The notes beneath the pieces were generated by a model. The model ran no database searches. It was given only the letters and a program-made list of their open reading frames with translations, and was not told where the DNA came from. A stretch of DNA of 64,000 bases, taken from the NCBI RefSeq assembly GCF_006345805.1, contig NC_043020.1, forward strand, positions 10,540,001 to 10,604,000, given 5' to 3'. Source of the stretch: Octopus sinensis. Taxonomy: Eukaryota. The position numbers and the translations under genes are program-made. Below are positions 1-12,264 of the stretch, piece by piece. Each line of letters begins with the position of its first letter. The first letter of the stretch is position 1.

Positions 1-108
1 TATCTCATTCTCCTCTTCAATACAGTATTTCAAGATTTTAAAATTGAGAGCACTGAAAAATTAAACATACTTATCTGACCAGGCGACATCAGACAATGTA
101 TATCCAAC

Positions 109-139
<31 letters not shown>

Positions 140-619
140 CATATATAATAATAAATATTAGGGAATGAATCCAAAATTACAGGGAAGAATCAGATTTAGG
201 GTTAAATCCAATTTTATAGTAAAATATTATATAATATAATTCGAGACAAATCCACTATTTTAAAACCAAACAAGGAAAGACTTAATCAATACATAAAATT
301 TTAATATAAATTAAATAAACCGCCACTACAAATGTTTCATGTCTGTTTCATGTTTCATCAAATTTTGATACTGATTAGAAGATCGAAAATCCACCTAAAG
401 ATTGTCGGTAGCAGACATGAAACATTTGTAGTGGCGGTTTATTTAATTTATATTAAAATTTTATGTATTGATTAAGTCTTTCCTTGTTTGGTTTTAAAAT
501 AGTGGTTTTGTCTCGAATTATATTATATATACATATATATATATATACATATATATGTGTGTGTGTATACATATATAGAAATATATGTGTGTATATATAT
601 ATATATATACACAATGTGG

Positions 620-1500
620 GATGAGTAAATTGTTGTCATTTTATATTTTTTATTTTGCGCATGTGCATTTTTTGTTTTTGATTTTGTCAACTACACAGTA
701 TAGTACGGTGAGTTGGGTCCTGTCTGTGAAAAGATCAGCACTACGATGCAACTCATTTTGCCAGAAATTTCGAAACGACATGCTGTACTGCCTGGCATTT
801 GCACTGGAAGCTCCAATACAAACATTTCAGTGTTTGGGTGTCAATCTGAGGCAAGTGCAATCTAAGGACATGTATCGAGAGTGATAAAAATCAAACATCC
901 AGTCAACATCATGGTGTTTTGAGTGATCACTAGTGTTGGCAATGTTATGCTTCCATTCATCTTCCCACATGACCTCAGACTCAACACAGAAGCCTACATC
1001 AAGTACCTGGAAGAGGTAGTGCTACCCTGGATCAAGAGGGTGGCTGCTGGAAGACCCTATGTCTGGCAACAAGATTCTGTACCATGCCACACAAACAGGA
1101 GAACCCAGTGATAGCTGTCAGATAATTTCTGCGATCATATCACCACTAACATCTGGCAAACTAACTCCCCAGACTGTAACCCCCTCGATTATTGTGTGTG
1201 GGGCACAGTTGATCAACAGACCAACAAAACTCCTTGTTACACCAAAGATGAACTGAAGGAAAGGATTATGATAGCATTCACCAACTTAAACAAGGAGATC
1301 TTCTAGAAGAGTTGCAGGAAATCCCAAAGTCATCTGAAGGTCATGGTTTAAGCCAATGGCAATTTCATTGAATAAATTTACTCTTTAGTATTTCAAGATA
1401 TTTTTATGTAATTTTGGAAAATATATCTGTTAAAATGAGATGTCAGTGTTATTTTAATTTCTGCTTAATTTAGACACCAATTTATTCCCCACACCCTGTA
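620..1500 (+). mobile_element. Tc1/mariner (maT-like) transposase remnant
   Basis: Degraded DDE frames: RPYVWQQDSVPCHT, IWxxNSPDCNPLDYCVWG; ends ...caccctgta. Start is approximate. Confidence 0.8.
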
Positions 1501-1509
1501 TATATATAT

Positions 1510-2060
1510 ATATATATCATCTTCATCATCATTTAACATTTATTGTCCTTGCTGGCAAGGATTGGATGGTTTGACTGGGGAGCTGCACCAGGCTCCAGTC
1601 CAATTTGGCAAAGCTTCTATGGCTGAATGCCCTTCCTAATGTCACCCACTTTACAGAGTGTGCTAGATGCTTTTACATGGAACTGCATGGGCACTATTAC
1701 ATGGCACCACATGGATGCTTTACGTGGTACTACATGGATGCTTTTATGTGATACTGCATGGTTGCTTTTATGTAGCACCACCACAAGTGCTTTACATCAC
1801 CAGCAAGATTGGTCTTAACACCTCTGCTGTGGGGTATGTTGTTCTTGAGTACAGCCAGGTGTCAGGTATCTCAGTCCTTTGTCATGTTGCCAGAAAGGGT
1901 CAGCTTCCTGGGGTCATTCTTCAGTACTTCATCTCATGTCTTCCTGGGTCTCTCACTTCCACGTGTTCCATCCACTTTGAGAGATTGGTGCTTCTTTATG
2001 GAGCTGTCAGCATCCATCCATGTCAGTATGTATAGACAACAGGCTTTTTTCAGTATCTAT
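1510..2060 (-). mobile_element. 5'-truncated RTE LINE (C-terminus, 3' UTR, GAT tail)
   Basis: Reverse strand encodes a degraded ...VDGTRGSERPRKT..EVLKND segment, followed by the shared RTE 3' UTR. Confidence 0.65.
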
Positions 2061-2329
2061 GCGCCAATCCACTCACGGGATTTTGGTTGGCTGGGGTCTT
2101 TTCTTTCTGAGTTCAAATTCCGACAAGGTTGACATTGCCTTTCAATCCCTTTGAGTCTGATAAAATAAGTACCAGTCAAGTACTGAGGTCAATATAATAG
2201 ACTGGCCCTCTCCTCACAAAAATTTGGCATTTTTTTTGCCTATAATAGAAAGGATTATTTGACAGCAACTTTGCTGGGGAATGAAATGAAGTGTCAGCTG
2301 TTCACAACCAGTGGACTGAAGTACTAAGC

Positions 2330-2640
2330 TTCATTCAGATTTTCAGAAAAATTTGCAGAGGATTTGTGCAGTTCCAAGTAAAACCATTTTTTGTAGATGC
2401 TCTATATTCACATTAACAATCCAGTTTATTGAGCTTAGTATTATAATTCCCAAAGCTCTATCAGCAACAGATTTCACACTCATTTCCTTCAATGATCACA
2501 GTCTTTGTATTTCCTGTTTCAAATCATCATATCTGACCTTCTTCTCTTCTCTTTCTGATACTGTCATCACCAAGGCATGCTATATCTATGAATAAACAGG
2601 TTTTTATGCTGTTTATTTACAACCACTATATCTGGCTTTA
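2330..2640 (-). mobile_element. R4/Dong-like non-LTR restriction-like endonuclease fragment
   Basis: Reverse strand: DIVVVNK...FIDIACLGDDSIRKREEKKVRYDDLKQEIQRL...QKMVLLGTAQIL. Confidence 0.7.
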
Positions 2641-2898
2641 TTGAAATTATTATTATTATTATTTTAAAGGTTGCTTCTGGTTTTCAATGCACAAGCTCTT
2701 GCTATCTTATTTTCAGAATTTTATTTTTGGATATCCTGGGAAACACAGAATTTAGTGCCAGAGAAATTAGACTTATTTTGAGATAAATATTGGTTGCTGA
2801 TTCTAAATATGCCATCGTTTTTTTCCATCAGCTCTGGTTATCGAGATTTATCATACCCCTAAATACTACACATGCAACCAATCACACTCAAGGATTGG

Positions 2899-3123
2899 TT
2901 ACTCTTTTACTCTTTTACTTGTTTCAGTCATTTGACTGCGGCCATGCTGGAGCACCGCCTTTAATCAAGCAACTCGACCCCGGGACTTATTCTTTTGTAA
3001 GCCCAGTACTTATTCTATCGGTCTCTTTTGCCGAACTGCTAAGTAACGGGGACATAAACACACCAACATCGGTTGTCAAGCGATGTTGGGCGGTCAAACA
3101 CAGACACACAAACACACACACGC

Positions 3124-3181
<58 letters not shown>

Positions 3182-3347
3182 GACGGGCTTCTTTCAGTTT
3201 CCGTCTACCAAATCCACTCACAAGGCATTGGTCAGCCCGGGGCTATAGCAGAAGACACTTGCCCAAGGTGCCACGCAGTGGGACTGAACCCGGAACCATT
3301 TGGTTGGTATACAAGCTACTTACCACACAGCCACTCCTGCGCCTACA
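2899..3347 (-). mobile_element. tRNA-derived composite SINE, family A (internal TA/TG microsatellite, GAGTAAAA tail)
   Basis: Pol III box A/B-like head (TGGCTGTGTGG...GGTTCAGTCC). Further copies near 17130-17490, 17805-18365, 23570-23985, 27490-27920, 44460-44860, 44920-45340, 52355-52770, 61380-61790, 61880-62260, 62543-62965, 63300-63700. Confidence 0.88.
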
Positions 3348-4769
3348 AATCATTACTGTTGCCATAAAAAAAAATGGCTTTATACAAGACGAATGTTTAT
3401 ATTTAAATTACATCCATAGAATCAGATAAAAATGAATCAACCATAGAAAGTTATCTTTAATATTGTCCATTTACTCATATGTCTCACAAAAACAGTGTTT
3501 CAGAAATTTCCTGTGGTGGGCTGTCCTAAAACAATCTCATAGGATGATCCAACAATAATCCTCCATCGTATGGGCATCCCAGTGTCCGTGGTATAGCTAG
3601 AAACAAATGAAGACCATATTTTTGTTCAGTGGTGTAAACAGAGTTAGAATCATGTCTAAAATTGAGGCATCAAAAAATTTGTTTAAAATTTATTCCCTAG
3701 AGTAATATAAGCTGAATTTTTATTTTATAGATACTTAATAATCCAATGGGGCTGACTTTTCAGTTGGTGCATTGATACATTTCCTCTCCTAGTTGTCCTT
3801 GACAATATCTGCAACTTAACCTTCAACCTCTGACCCTGTGTATTGCCCTTTCCCACTGTGATCATTTTATCACATCTTCAAGATGTTTTCTGCTGTATGT
3901 TTACATTATCAACATTTTCATTTCTTGTTAATACTTGATAGAGCTGACATATTTTCTAGTATGAATAAGTCGCAACTACTATTTCTGTAAATATACTTTC
4001 TCTTTCTCTCTTTTAATTTTTGTTGTTGTTGTAGGCTTAAAGCGGTGTCTATTGCTAACCTTTTGCAAATTAAGCAACCTTTATGTGGTTGCCTGACCTG
4101 CTAAAAATATCAACCAAATCCCTCCCAAACTTCAAGACATGTTCTTTTGTCCTTCTATTAACTGTTTCATCATTACTCTTCTGTGGCTCAGCTGTGCTAG
4201 CCCTCTTCTCCTCTTCACTCTTATAGCTCTTCACTTCCACTTAATCACTCCTACCCTCTCTTCTAAAGTGAGAATAGCCATGTATCTCCTCTACAGCAAG
4301 AAACCGGTTCTGCTTTGGCTCCCTTCTCTCATATTCTACTCATTTTTTACCCCACATCTTCTAACATAAAGCTGTTCCCCTCAGGGTTTGTAGTCTCTTG
4401 CAAACTACATGATCATCTCATTTGTGTTGTTGACATGAAAAGCACCTAGTATATACTGTAGAGCGGTTGGTGTTAGGAAGAGCATCCGGCCAAACAAACC
4501 ATGCCAAAGCAGATGTGGGCTCATTGGATCCTGTTAAACTATCCTACCCATGTTGTTGTAACATTTTAGCCCCATGTCAGCCCTGATTGAGTAAATCTGT
4601 GATGAAAGGCATACCTCTTCTTTTATTTTTTATACAGTGTAGTGATATAACCCTGAAGGACATTATACAATACCATAACTTTGTGGCCTATGCCAGTGGT
4701 GTAACCATCTCACTTATGAGTACCTTTCCTTCATTGGACACTAAACTCTGCTTGCAAAGACCTGTTGAG

Positions 4770-5242
4770 GCAAGTGAAATTGAAATCAAATTCGATGACT
4801 GGCCTCCATGCTAGTGGAGCACTAAGAGCACCATCCAAGTGTGATCGTTGCCAGAGCAGCAAACTGGCTTCCGTGCTGGTGGCAAGTAAAAAGCACCATT
4901 TGAGCGTGATCGTTACCAGCATTGCCTTACTGGCACATGAAAAAACATTTGAGCAAGGTTGTTGCCAGTGCCACTGGACTGGCTCCTGTGCAGGTGGCAC
5001 ATAAAAAACACCATTTGAGCATGGCCATTGCCAGTACCGCCTGACTGACACTCATGCCGGTGGCACGTAAAAGCACCCACTACACTCTCGGAGTGGTTGG
5101 TGTTAGGAAGGGCATCGAGCTGTAGAAACTCTGTCAGATCAGATTGGCGCCTGGTGCAGCCACCTGGTTCACCAGTCCTCAGTCAAATCGTCCAACCCAT
5201 GCTAGCATCGAAAGCAGACGTTAAACGATGATGATGATGATG
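4770..5242 (+). mobile_element. RTE 3' UTR-only copy
   Basis: Degenerate ~60-bp modules, GGTTGGTGTTAGGAAGGGCATC block and (GAT)n tail. Similar copies at 10790-11260, 28265-28780(-), 29860-30220, 36447-36920(-), 38540-39040(-), 41130-41580(-), 43630-43945(-), 56890-57200(-). Confidence 0.8.
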
Positions 5243-6049
5243 AATATTAAAATGTAAAAGGGATAGAATGTTGTCTGATGGAGATTTGGTTGTAATTTCT
5301 GGCTGATCAAGTAATTATGTTAAGGCTCCCTCATATGGTTCGAGTTTTTTCAGTTCGAAGGTGAACAAATGTTTAGACCAAAGGTGAGAAAGAGGTGTTT
5401 AAACAGAAGGTGGTGTAAAGAGGTTTCAATAAAATTGATGGACAGATGTTTTTAATCTTGGGATGAAGGAAGTCAAAGTTTGTTGGAGTGTTAGACAGAA
5501 TGCTTTGTAGTATTTGTTCTAACTCTCTGCACTTTAAGTTCAAAACCTGACTAGGTCAACTTATCCTTTCAGCAGTGTTGTTAAAGTACCAGACCAGACC
5601 AGACCAATGAAATTTGCAGAATGTTAGAGCCTCAGATGAGTTGTTTCGTAATATCTGTTTTGATTCCAAAAGTTCTGAGTTCCAACCCTTTTTTCTGCTA
5701 CTGAAAAAGAACAGGCCCTTTGGGGCCTGGCAAAATTGGTGATGGATTTGGCTCAAACTTTTCAGTTGACCAACCTCCGTATCATCATACAAGCTAGCAG
5801 GAAAAAACGCACTCAAAGAAGAAGACGCATGCACAAAATGGGTTTCCATATAGTTTCCATCTACCAAATTCTATTCCTAAGGTATTAGTTGAACTCAAAA
5901 CTCCAATAAAAGACATTTGTCTTTGAGGCTCTGCTGTAGGATTGAACTTAGAAACATGTGGTTACAAAGTGAACTTCTTAACCACCCTGCCATGCTGGTG
6001 CCAATGAATTTTTCAATGCTCTTCACATGTTGTTTTTTTTTTTTTGCAG

Positions 6050-6124
6050 GGAATATTTATACAGAACTATGTCTGTGATTATTCAGTATACAAGACCAAG
6101 ATCAATTGTCTCTATATTGATCAT
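6050..6124 (+). CDS. dachs: Dachs-like myosin motor exon (GIFIQNYVCDYSVYKTKINCLYIDH), phase 0-0
   Basis: Polypyrimidine tract + cag acceptor, gtgagt donor, 75 nt. Resembles the segment after switch I in Dachs as I recall it (GHFIEVQVTDGALYRTKIHCYFLDQ). In frame with exon 13291. Confidence 0.85.
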
Positions 6125-6183
6125 GTGAGTATTCTTATAACATCATTATCATCATCATCATCATTGTTATTATTGTCTCCATC

Positions 6184-6520
6184 ATTACCATCACCACCAC
6201 CCTCGCTATCATCACCACCACCCTCGCTATCATCACCACCACCCTCGCTATCATCACCACCACCCTCGCTATCATCACCACCACCCTCGCTATCATCACC
6301 ACCACCCTCGCTATCATCACCACCACCCTCGCTATCATCACCACCACCCTCGCTATCATCACCACCACCCTCGCTATCATCACCACCACCACCCTCGCTA
6401 TCATCACCACCACCCTCGCTATCATCACCACCACCCTCCCTATCATCACCACCACCCTCCCTATCATCACCACCACCCTCCCTATCATCACCACCACCCT
6501 CGCTATCACTACCACCATCA
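6184..6520. repeat. 21-bp minisatellite (ccaccaccctcgctatcatca), about 15 copies
   Basis: Direct inspection; source of the SSPPPSL and GGGDDSE pseudo-ORFs. Confidence 0.95.
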
Positions 6521-6950
6521 TTATCCACCATCAATTTATATCCATTTTTCCAGTGCCCAACACAGCATTTCACTCCTTGTCATCAGTCTATAACACTTCT
6601 TCCCAACTGTTCCTCATCCACAGAATTCTTCTAGTTTGATCCCTTGGCCCCTCTTTACCCAAATGTCATTGTCATCTTCCTTTACATGTTAATACCAGCA
6701 CAGTCTTTTCTCATGCATGTTACATTTAATTCCTCTCATCTTCATTTCTCTCAGCTCATTCATATCCAAAGACTTTCACTGCCCATGTTTTACTACCATG
6801 TAGCAACACTCTTTACATACATGCATCATACAATCTCCTTTTCACATTGAGATAATCTCTCTGTTGCTAGCTAAGATAACAGCTCCTAAAAGTTTTATTG
6901 CACCATATCCTAACTGTGTCTGTTATATTATATATATATATATATATATA

Positions 6951-7156
6951 TATCTGTAAAATAATATGTGACAATTATTTGGTAGCCAAGATAAAACTCT
7001 GAGTTTAGGATGTCGAAGTGGAAATCCACAACACCATCTCTTCGGTTATCTGGCCAGGTAACTGAAGAGATGGTGGTGTGGATTTCCACTTCGGCATCCG
7101 AAACTCAGAGTTTTATCTTGGCTGCCAAATAATTGTCACATATTATTTTACAGATA
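6951..7156. mobile_element. 206-bp palindromic element next to (TA)n, with a hammerhead-like motif in each arm
   Basis: Near-perfect inverted symmetry about 7053/7054. Plus strand 7057-7117 reads GGUAA CUGAAGA GAUG...CAUC C GAAA CUC A GAG U U UUAUC. Confidence 0.75.
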
Positions 7157-7867
7157 AATTTCCTCTATTTACCATAATATTGAGGTCTCTTTCTTTCTTT
7201 TGTTATCTTACCATTTTTACCAATATATATATTTATAAGATGGTGAACTGGCAGAATTGTTAGAATAGCGGACAACATGTTTAGTGGAGTTTTGCTCATC
7301 GCTACATTCCGAGTTCAAATTCTAGCGAGGTTGACTATGCTTTTCATCCTCTTGGAGTCGTTAAATTAAGTACCAGTGTAAAACACTGGGGTCAATATAA
7401 TCAACTAGTCCCCTCCCCTAATATTTATGGTCTTGTGCCTTTAGTAGAAAGGATTATATTATATTATATATATATTTATGTGATGGGATTATTTCAGTTT
7501 CTGTCTACCAAATCCACTCACAAAGCTTTGATTAACCTGGAGGCTATAGTAGAAGAACTTGACCAAGTTGTCATGCACTGGGATTGAAACTGAAATGATA
7601 TGATAGCAAGGCAAACTTCTTAATCACACAGCCATGCCTGTGCCTATAATAATGATAGTTGTTGTAAAACCCGAACTTATGCTGTCCAAATTAGATTCAT
7701 CTAACGCACGCACACACACACACACACACTCATACACACATACTGTTGTGACATAAGTGCAATTCCTTGGCCATCCATCATTCTTGTCATAAGTCGGTGG
7801 CTAATGAACCATGTTGATTCTATGAGGAAGATTTCAAAGGAAAACAGTGGGTGGAATTCTACTTTAA

Positions 7868-8087
7868 CCCTTTAGCGTTCAAATTAATATGTCAATAATA
7901 ATCTTTATTCATTTACATTTTAAAAAATTAATCTGGTATTATCTTGTAGCTTCAAAATTTGAAAGATGTAATGGTTTATTTTTAGAATGACATTGCAGGG
8001 TAGGTGTGAGATACTGGTTCTGGCCAGTTTGAGCATAAAATGAGCAGAATATATAGGCTGGATATAGCCGGTTTAAACACTAAAGGG
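7868..8087. mobile_element. piggyBac-like MITE (TTAA flanks, CCCTTTAG/CTAAAGGG termini)
   Basis: ttaa|ccctttag...ctaaaggg|ttaa. Related CCC/GGG-TTAA ends at ~29694, 30962-31101, 32103-32232. Confidence 0.7.
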
Positions 8088-8391
8088 TTAAGCACTCCAT
8101 ATAACCCCTCATAACATTTTTTCTACACATGAGAATTCATACGATTATGCAAAAACCAAAAGGAAAAGAATTTTTGATGCATGATTTAAGGGCTGTTTTT
8201 CAAACATCTGAAACCACCTGACACCCTCCTCGTTTGTTGGTTAGTCTAACTTATTGATGTTATTTCAATATCTTTCTTCCCATAAACACATTTAATGTTC
8301 TATTCCTGAAACTTAATCCCAAAATTCGGACTGTCTGTGTTTTAAACTGTAATAAAAAAAGAATTAATTTTCATTAGTCATGGGAATTCCC

Positions 8392-10357
8392 GGCACCGAG
8401 TACAGTTGGCACCAAGTACAGTGAAGAATTCAGGGTAGAGGTTGGGGTCCACCAAGGTTCAGTCCTCAGTCCCCTCCTATTTATCATAGTCCTCCAGGCA
8501 ATAACGGAGGAATTCAAGACAGGATGCCCCTGGGAGCTCCTCTATGCTGATGACCTCGCTCTAATTGCTGAGTCTCTATCAGAACTAGAGGAGAAGTTTC
8601 AGGTATGGAAACAAGGTTTAGAATCGAAGGGCCTTAGAATCAACCTAGCCAAAACCAAAGTCCTAATAAGTAGGAAGGTAGACCAATCACAAACGCCTTC
8701 AGGTAGATTGCCCTGCTCGATCTGTAGAAAAGGTGTAGGTAGAAACTCTATAAGATGCACCAAGTGTAAGCTATGGACACATAAGATGTGCAGCAATGTC
8801 AAAGGAAGGCTAACTAGGAAGATGGTTTTTGTATGTGGCAGATGCTCAGGAACAATTAACACTGAAAATGCTCTGAGACCAACTTCCGTCACTTTCCAGG
8901 GAGAAAAGCTAGAAGTAGTTGATAGTTTCCGTTACCTAGGTGACCAAGTCAGTAGCGGGGGTGGGTGCGCTGAAAGTATAACTGCTAGAGTAAGAATAGC
9001 CTGGGCAAAGTTTAGAGAGCTCTTACCCCTGCTGGTGACAAAAGGCCTCTCGCTCAAAGTAAAAGGCAGACTGTATGATGCATGTGTACGTACAACCATG
9101 CTACATGGTAGTGAAACTTGGGCTGTGACTGCTGAGGATTTGCGTAAGCTCGCAAGAAATGAAGCTAGTATGCTCCGATGGATGTGTAACGTCAGTGTTC
9201 ATAATCGACAGAGTGTAAGTACCTTGAGAGAAAAGTTGAACCTAAGAAGCATCAGTTGTTGTGTGCAAGAGAGACGTATGCACTGGTATGGTCATGTGAT
9301 GAGAATGGCTGAAGATAGTTGTGTGTGAAAGTGCCACACCCTGGCAGTTGAGGGGACCTGTGGAAGAGGTAGACCCAGGAAAACCTGGGTCGAGGAGGTG
9401 AAGCACGACCTTCGAACTTTAGGTCTCACCAAGGAAATGACCAGTGACCGAGACCTTTGGAAGTATGCTGTGTGTGAGAAAACCCGGCAAGACCAGTGAG
9501 AACAGTCAAAATCAAAATCAAACCAAATTGAGGTCGATCAACATCAGGGCCCCCGTGCAGGTGACACGTAAAAGTACCATCCGTTCGTAGCCGTTTGCCA
9601 GCCCTGTCTGGCCCCCGTGTCGGTGGCACGTAAAAGCACCAGCCGTTTGTGGCCGTTTGCCAGCTCTGTCTGGCCCCTGTGCCGGTGACACGTAAAAGCA
9701 CCATCCGTTCGTGGCCGTTTGCCAGCCCTGTCTGGCCCCCATGTCGGTGACATGTAAAAGCACCATCCGTTCGTGGCCGTTTGCCAGCCCTGTCTGGCCC
9801 CCGTGTCGGTGGCATGTAAAAGCACTATCCGTTCGTGTCCGTTGCCAGCCTCGCCTGGCCCCCGTGCTGGTGACACGTAAAAGCACCATCCGTTCGTGGC
9901 CGTTTGCCAGCTCTGTCTGGCCCCCGTGTTGGTGGCACGTAAAAGCACCATCCGTTCGTGTCCGTTGCCAGCCTCGCCTGGCCCCGTGCCGGTGACACGT
10001 AAAAGCACCATCCGTTCGTGGCCGTTTGCCAGCTCTGTCTGGCCCCCGTGTTGGTGGCACGTAAAAGCACCATCCGTTCGTGTCCGTTGCCAGCCTCGCC
10101 TGGCCCCGTGCCGGTGACACGTAAAAGCACCATCCGTTCGTGGCCGTTTGCCAGCTCTGTCTGGCACCTGTGCGGGTGGCACGTAAAAAGCACCCACTAC
10201 ACTCACGGAGTGGTTGGCGTTAGGAAGGGCATCCAGCCGTAGAAACACTGCCAGATCTGACTGGACCTGATGAAGCCTTCCAGCTTCACAGACCCCAGTT
10301 GAACCGTCCAACCCATGCTAGCATGGAGAACAGATGCTAAATGATGATGATGATGAT
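8392..10357 (+). mobile_element. Young 5'-truncated RTE LINE: RT with PHD-finger insert, 3' UTR with 11 tandem ~61-bp modules, (GAT)n tail
   Basis: Open frame ~8400-9325 with HQGSVLSPLLF, LLYADD, KTKV, FRYLG and RxxWYGHVMR; one premature TGA at 9326. Confidence 0.93.
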
Positions 10358-11258
10358 TCTGAAAATACCAAAAGATAAAAATAGTTGAGGTGCTTATATG
10401 GTGTGCTTAACCCTATTGGTCTGGCTGGTACATATTTGTACTAGTCAAGAATTTTAACACTTGAATCTTTAAAATTCCCATTCTATGTGATGCAGTATAG
10501 TACCATTCCAGTTTTTCTGGTAAGTATGTAGTGCCAGATGTATGATTGGAGTGTATGACACTATAATGACAGCTCAAAAGGCTCGCATACGTACAAACCC
10601 CCTGCCATTACCGACTTGAGAAAAAATTTTGTGTTGAAAGGTTTAAACTAGAATTCTGTAGATCTAGCTGTCAAGTCTTTCTCAAAAGTATAGATGTGAC
10701 TTGGCATCAAAACCGAGTCACAGAGTCAGTTTACTTGAGACTCACATCATGAGAGCCTCCACATCCACCACTATATATATGTATCTGCATGTCCCGCTGT
10801 GCTTGAGGAGACCTATTGAGTCAAGTACATGAACATCGAAATAAATATCAATGGAAATTGTAGATGTGATACCTGTGCCAGTGGCACATAAAAAGCACCA
10901 TCTGAACGAGGCCGATGCCAGCACCACCTCGACTGACTTCTGTGCCGGTGACACATAAAAAGCACCATCCGAACGTGGCTGATGCCAGCACCGCCTCGAC
11001 TGGCTTCTGTGCCAGTGGCACATATAAAGCACCATTCGAATGTGGGCGTTGCCAGCGCCGCCTTGACTGGCTTCCGTGCCGGTGACATGTTAAAAGCACC
11101 CACTACATTCACGGAGTGGTTGGCGTTAGGAAGAGCATCCAGCTGTAGAAACACTGCCAGATCAGACTGGAGCCTGGTGCAGCCCCTGGCTTCCCAGACC
11201 CCGGTCGAACCGTCCAACCCGTGCTAGCGCGGAAAACGCACGTTAAATGATGATGATG

Positions 11259-11289
<31 letters not shown>

Positions 11290-11295
<6 letters not shown>

Positions 11296-11690
11296 GAGAT
11301 ACCCAAAAGTAACCAGAAACATTTTCTGTAGAACAAGCCCATTGTAGTTCAGGCTTTCACTGCTGGAACCCTCTTGATGCAACCCTCAGGCGTCAGTCTG
11401 CCAACTGGTGTTGTCTGGACTTCTTGTCAAAAGTCATCACGGGTGATGTAAGCTGGTGCTACAGAATTTACAGATGTGGAAGAGGTAAAGTAAAAAAAAA
11501 AAATGACTGAGGCATTGAAAGGCATCACTCTGCATGAGTTCCAGGACTGCTTTGAACAGTGGAAAACATGTCTAGACTGATGCATTGCTTCAAATGGAGA
11601 TTACTTTGTAGGTGGTAAAAGTTAAAACTAAGCAAACAAAATAATATTGCAAAATTCTGGTTTCTTTTGTTGGGTAGCCCCTCGTATATA
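11290..11690 (+). mobile_element. Mariner deletion derivative
   Basis: Imperfect TIRs; C-terminal FQDCFEQWKTCLD*CIASNGDYF. Confidence 0.7.
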
Positions 11691-12264
11691 TAGGCACGGG
11701 TGTGACTGTGTAATAAGACATTTGCTTCTCAACCTCATGGTTCAAAGTTCTATCCCATTGCATGGCAGCTTGGGCAAGTGCCTTCTACTGCAACCTTAGG
11801 CCAACCAAAGCCTTGTGGGTGGATTCTGTTGACAGAAATGAAAGAAGTCCATTGGACGTGTGTGTGTTTGTGTCACCTTTTCTTGTCATCCATAGAAGTT
11901 GTAAAACAATTGCCACGCTCATACAAGCAGTTTCATTCATTTCCAGTATTCTAGAAGAACATGTCTATTCATGGGGGAATAATACCTTGTTCTGAGTCCA
12001 AAGTCTTAAAAGGACTTGAACATGCTTGTGCAATTGTGGACTCACTGGGACATTGCTTGGAGTGTTGACCAAGATGACCTGAGCAAATACCAACAAATAG
12101 TGGAAGCAGTGATGTACTGCAATGGCACATTCCCCCATACTTGACATGGCTTTGGAAAGAGGTGAGTGTTGGTGACAGGAAGGGCATCCAACTGCAGAAA
12201 TTCAACACATGCAAGCATAGAAAAGTGAAAATTAAAATGGCGATGATTTTATATATATATATAG

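Noticed and set aside
4034-4700. Strong acceptor-like sites at ~4034 and ~4638 as possible myosin exons
   Set aside because: No frame resembles the expected motor sequence.
9551-10195. CRISPR-like appearance of the ~61-bp array (also the 29-bp array at 39660)
   Set aside because: No unique spacers and no cas genes; eukaryotic retroelement context.
9426-10311. Repetitive ORFs (TDGAFTCHRHG..., FLQLDALPNANH...)
   Set aside because: Read-through of the RTE 3' UTR tandem modules; non-coding.
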